Below, piece after piece: positions 57,478-64,000 of a stretch of 64,000 nt of DNA. Position numbers and translations under genes: made by a program. A model generated the notes under the pieces. That model was not told the DNA's origin, made no database searches, and worked only from the letters and a program-made list of their open reading frames with translations. Origin of the DNA: Hormiphora californensis (Eukaryota; Animalia; Ctenophora); contig CM035350.1 in the NCBI GenBank assembly GCA_020137815.1, forward strand, positions 992,001-1,056,000, in the 5' to 3' direction. How positions within the stretch are numbered: position 1 is the stretch's first letter; every line of letters starts with the position of its first letter.

Positions 57478-58444
57478 TATATGTATATGATGGTTATCGG
57501 TTGATGCGAGTCGTCTCATTATTAACGCATTATCTGGTCATATAGCTCTTGTCTACAATTTTTTCAACATATTTAGCGCCGTCCACGATGCGGTCCGAGA
57601 CGCGAGAAAAAAAGCAATCAATATGAGCGGATTGCGTCCTAGACGCCGTAAAGTGCGTCGTAGGCAACGCTTTATGCGAGCGGCCAATATGACGGAGCAC
57701 CACTTTTATTTGTTATGTCTATCCCTCTCTCCCCCTCTATTTTCCGTGGTCTTCTATTAGCTATGTTTTTTCATCCATTATGCACCGAAGTGGCCACTGT
57801 AATGTTTGTTATGCGGGGTTTCTTTATGATTCATGCGGCCGCACGCATATATTTTTGCAGTGTGATTTACACAGATCAGCATTTCTAGAAATGTTGAGAT
57901 GTTGAGATATATCTTGATATGATATGTGCCTTTAGTTTGGCCCCTGATAACTATTTCAACCTACCTTTCCTGACGTTGTGTCGTGGTCATCGTGATCGTC
58001 AGGTCCCAGTGGGTCGTATACTCTCCTAACAGGGATCCAACAACCCTCCCACACTCCTCCCTCTGTTGTGCCTAGTAATGCATTGGGTTTAGAGGTGTTT
58101 ACAGTAGAATGACTGTATCAGTAATATTACCTGAGACAGGAGTTAGCGTAGATTCGCTCCTGCGGCAGTCCCCACCACTCTCCGACATAGTCCCACCCCA
58201 CTCATTGCTTTTTTGTTGTTGCTATACAACTCTTCTTCTGTAGTTGTATATCCTTGCTAATAATACTTAGAGCAGGGTTAGGTTAGAGAAAAGGTCGGAG
58301 ATAGATATGGGCGGGGCATTAAAACAATATATAATTAAGACGTTACAGGACATTTACCGATGGCATATATGCAATAAAATAATACTCTTGTGCAGTATTT
58401 CTGATTTCAGTCAAAATAATAAATTACCATTACATCTCTCTCTC

Positions 58445-63005
<4,561 letters not shown>

Positions 63006-63061
63006 GCTGGGGGTGGAAAAGGAATAGATAGTTATAGTGAGTACTGAGAATTAGGGAGATA

Positions 63062-63180
63062 CAGTTGTGCTCCGCCATGTTGGCCGCCTGCATAAAACGT
63101 TGCCTACGACACGATCTACGACGTCTAATACGCGTCCTGGATGGCGCTGTGCGGGCGTCCAATATGGCGGAGCACCACTG
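63062..63180. mobile_element. Short MITE with CAGT(G/T)GTGCTCCGCCAT TIRs; related partial copy at about 57640-57703
   Basis: cagttgtgctccgccatgttgg ... ccaatatggcggagcaccactg; the internal sequence recurs inverted near 57650. Confidence 0.6.
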
Positions 63181-64000
63181 AGAGAGAGCTAGAGCTAGAG
63201 AGATAGTGAGAGAGAAAGAAAGATAAAATATAGTGAGCTGCGAGAGGATTACCCAGGTTATATTGTTTGATGTTATTTCTTTGTCCCCAACATTTTGTGG
63301 CCTCTTCTATGAGGGCTCCATTCACATTTGTGTCAAAGTCCAATCCGGTTCATATATTGCAAACGAGAATTTCGATTTGAGAAACTACCGATTTGAAATC
63401 AAATGGAATAGATCATTAAATCGACATATAATTCATGATATTTCTTGTGTTCATCCACTTTCATTGCCGCTATAGTTCTATCGGACATACAACTCCACAT
63501 AACCCCATGTGGCCCACCCCTTGGTGACTCAATCAAAGAGAGCCATGATGATGATTTGTGTTGTTACAATGAGCGTATGCCATCAACTATTCAAAACTAG
63601 TTATCTTTTGGGTAGTAACTACTAACTACTGTATAATTGCAGATGAAGATACAGCTTGGGCTGCATGGCACAATCATCTAATATCTCCATCGTTCATGAT
63701 AAACAGTTTATAATAAACGCTCTGTAATTACACCACCAGCGCCTTTAACCAATACTTTTAAACTATCTGTAATGGTGTGCCTTCCTTGTTTAATGAGGGG
63801 GGAGTATGGAGCATAACACGTACACGTTAGTATATAAAGGGTCGCGTTGCTACAATATTACCCACTCATGTCTTATTGAAATTATTCAATGTGGACTGAG
63901 AGTGTGTGTTTGAATATATTGATTGTGATATCCTATAACTGACCTAATTTCCATTATTTAGCTAGTTATTTGGCATGAGCAACACAACTGCAGCAGTCAA

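Overview
Gene-dense, intron-rich animal genomic DNA, most likely from a ctenophore (inferred from the innexin sequence type and the nested-gene architecture). I reconstructed these spliced host genes by hand from GT-AG junctions and reading phase: two divergent low-complexity protein genes, two paralogous LHFPL/claudin-like tetraspan genes (one with two alternative terminal exons), LIN9, a BTB-BACK-Kelch gene, a catalytically dead SNM1/DCLRE1-like metallo-beta-lactamase/beta-CASP gene, an innexin, COQ10 and KAT2/GCN5. Three complete genes are nested in introns: a short pentraxin inside the Kelch gene, and a cathepsin L-ShK fusion plus a hyper-acidic secreted protein inside the innexin. The repeat-rich middle holds a 3.2-kb 34-bp satellite, nested DNA-transposon/LINE insertions, a 27-bp minisatellite and an intact, very recent Ty3/Gypsy element. 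That element has identical 310-bp LTRs, a UUUAAAC -1 frameshift site and an unexplained 217-aa antisense gene with its own TATA box. Several single-base frameshifts in conserved genes suggest uncorrected long-read errors. All family assignments come from motif recognition by eye; no database searches were run.
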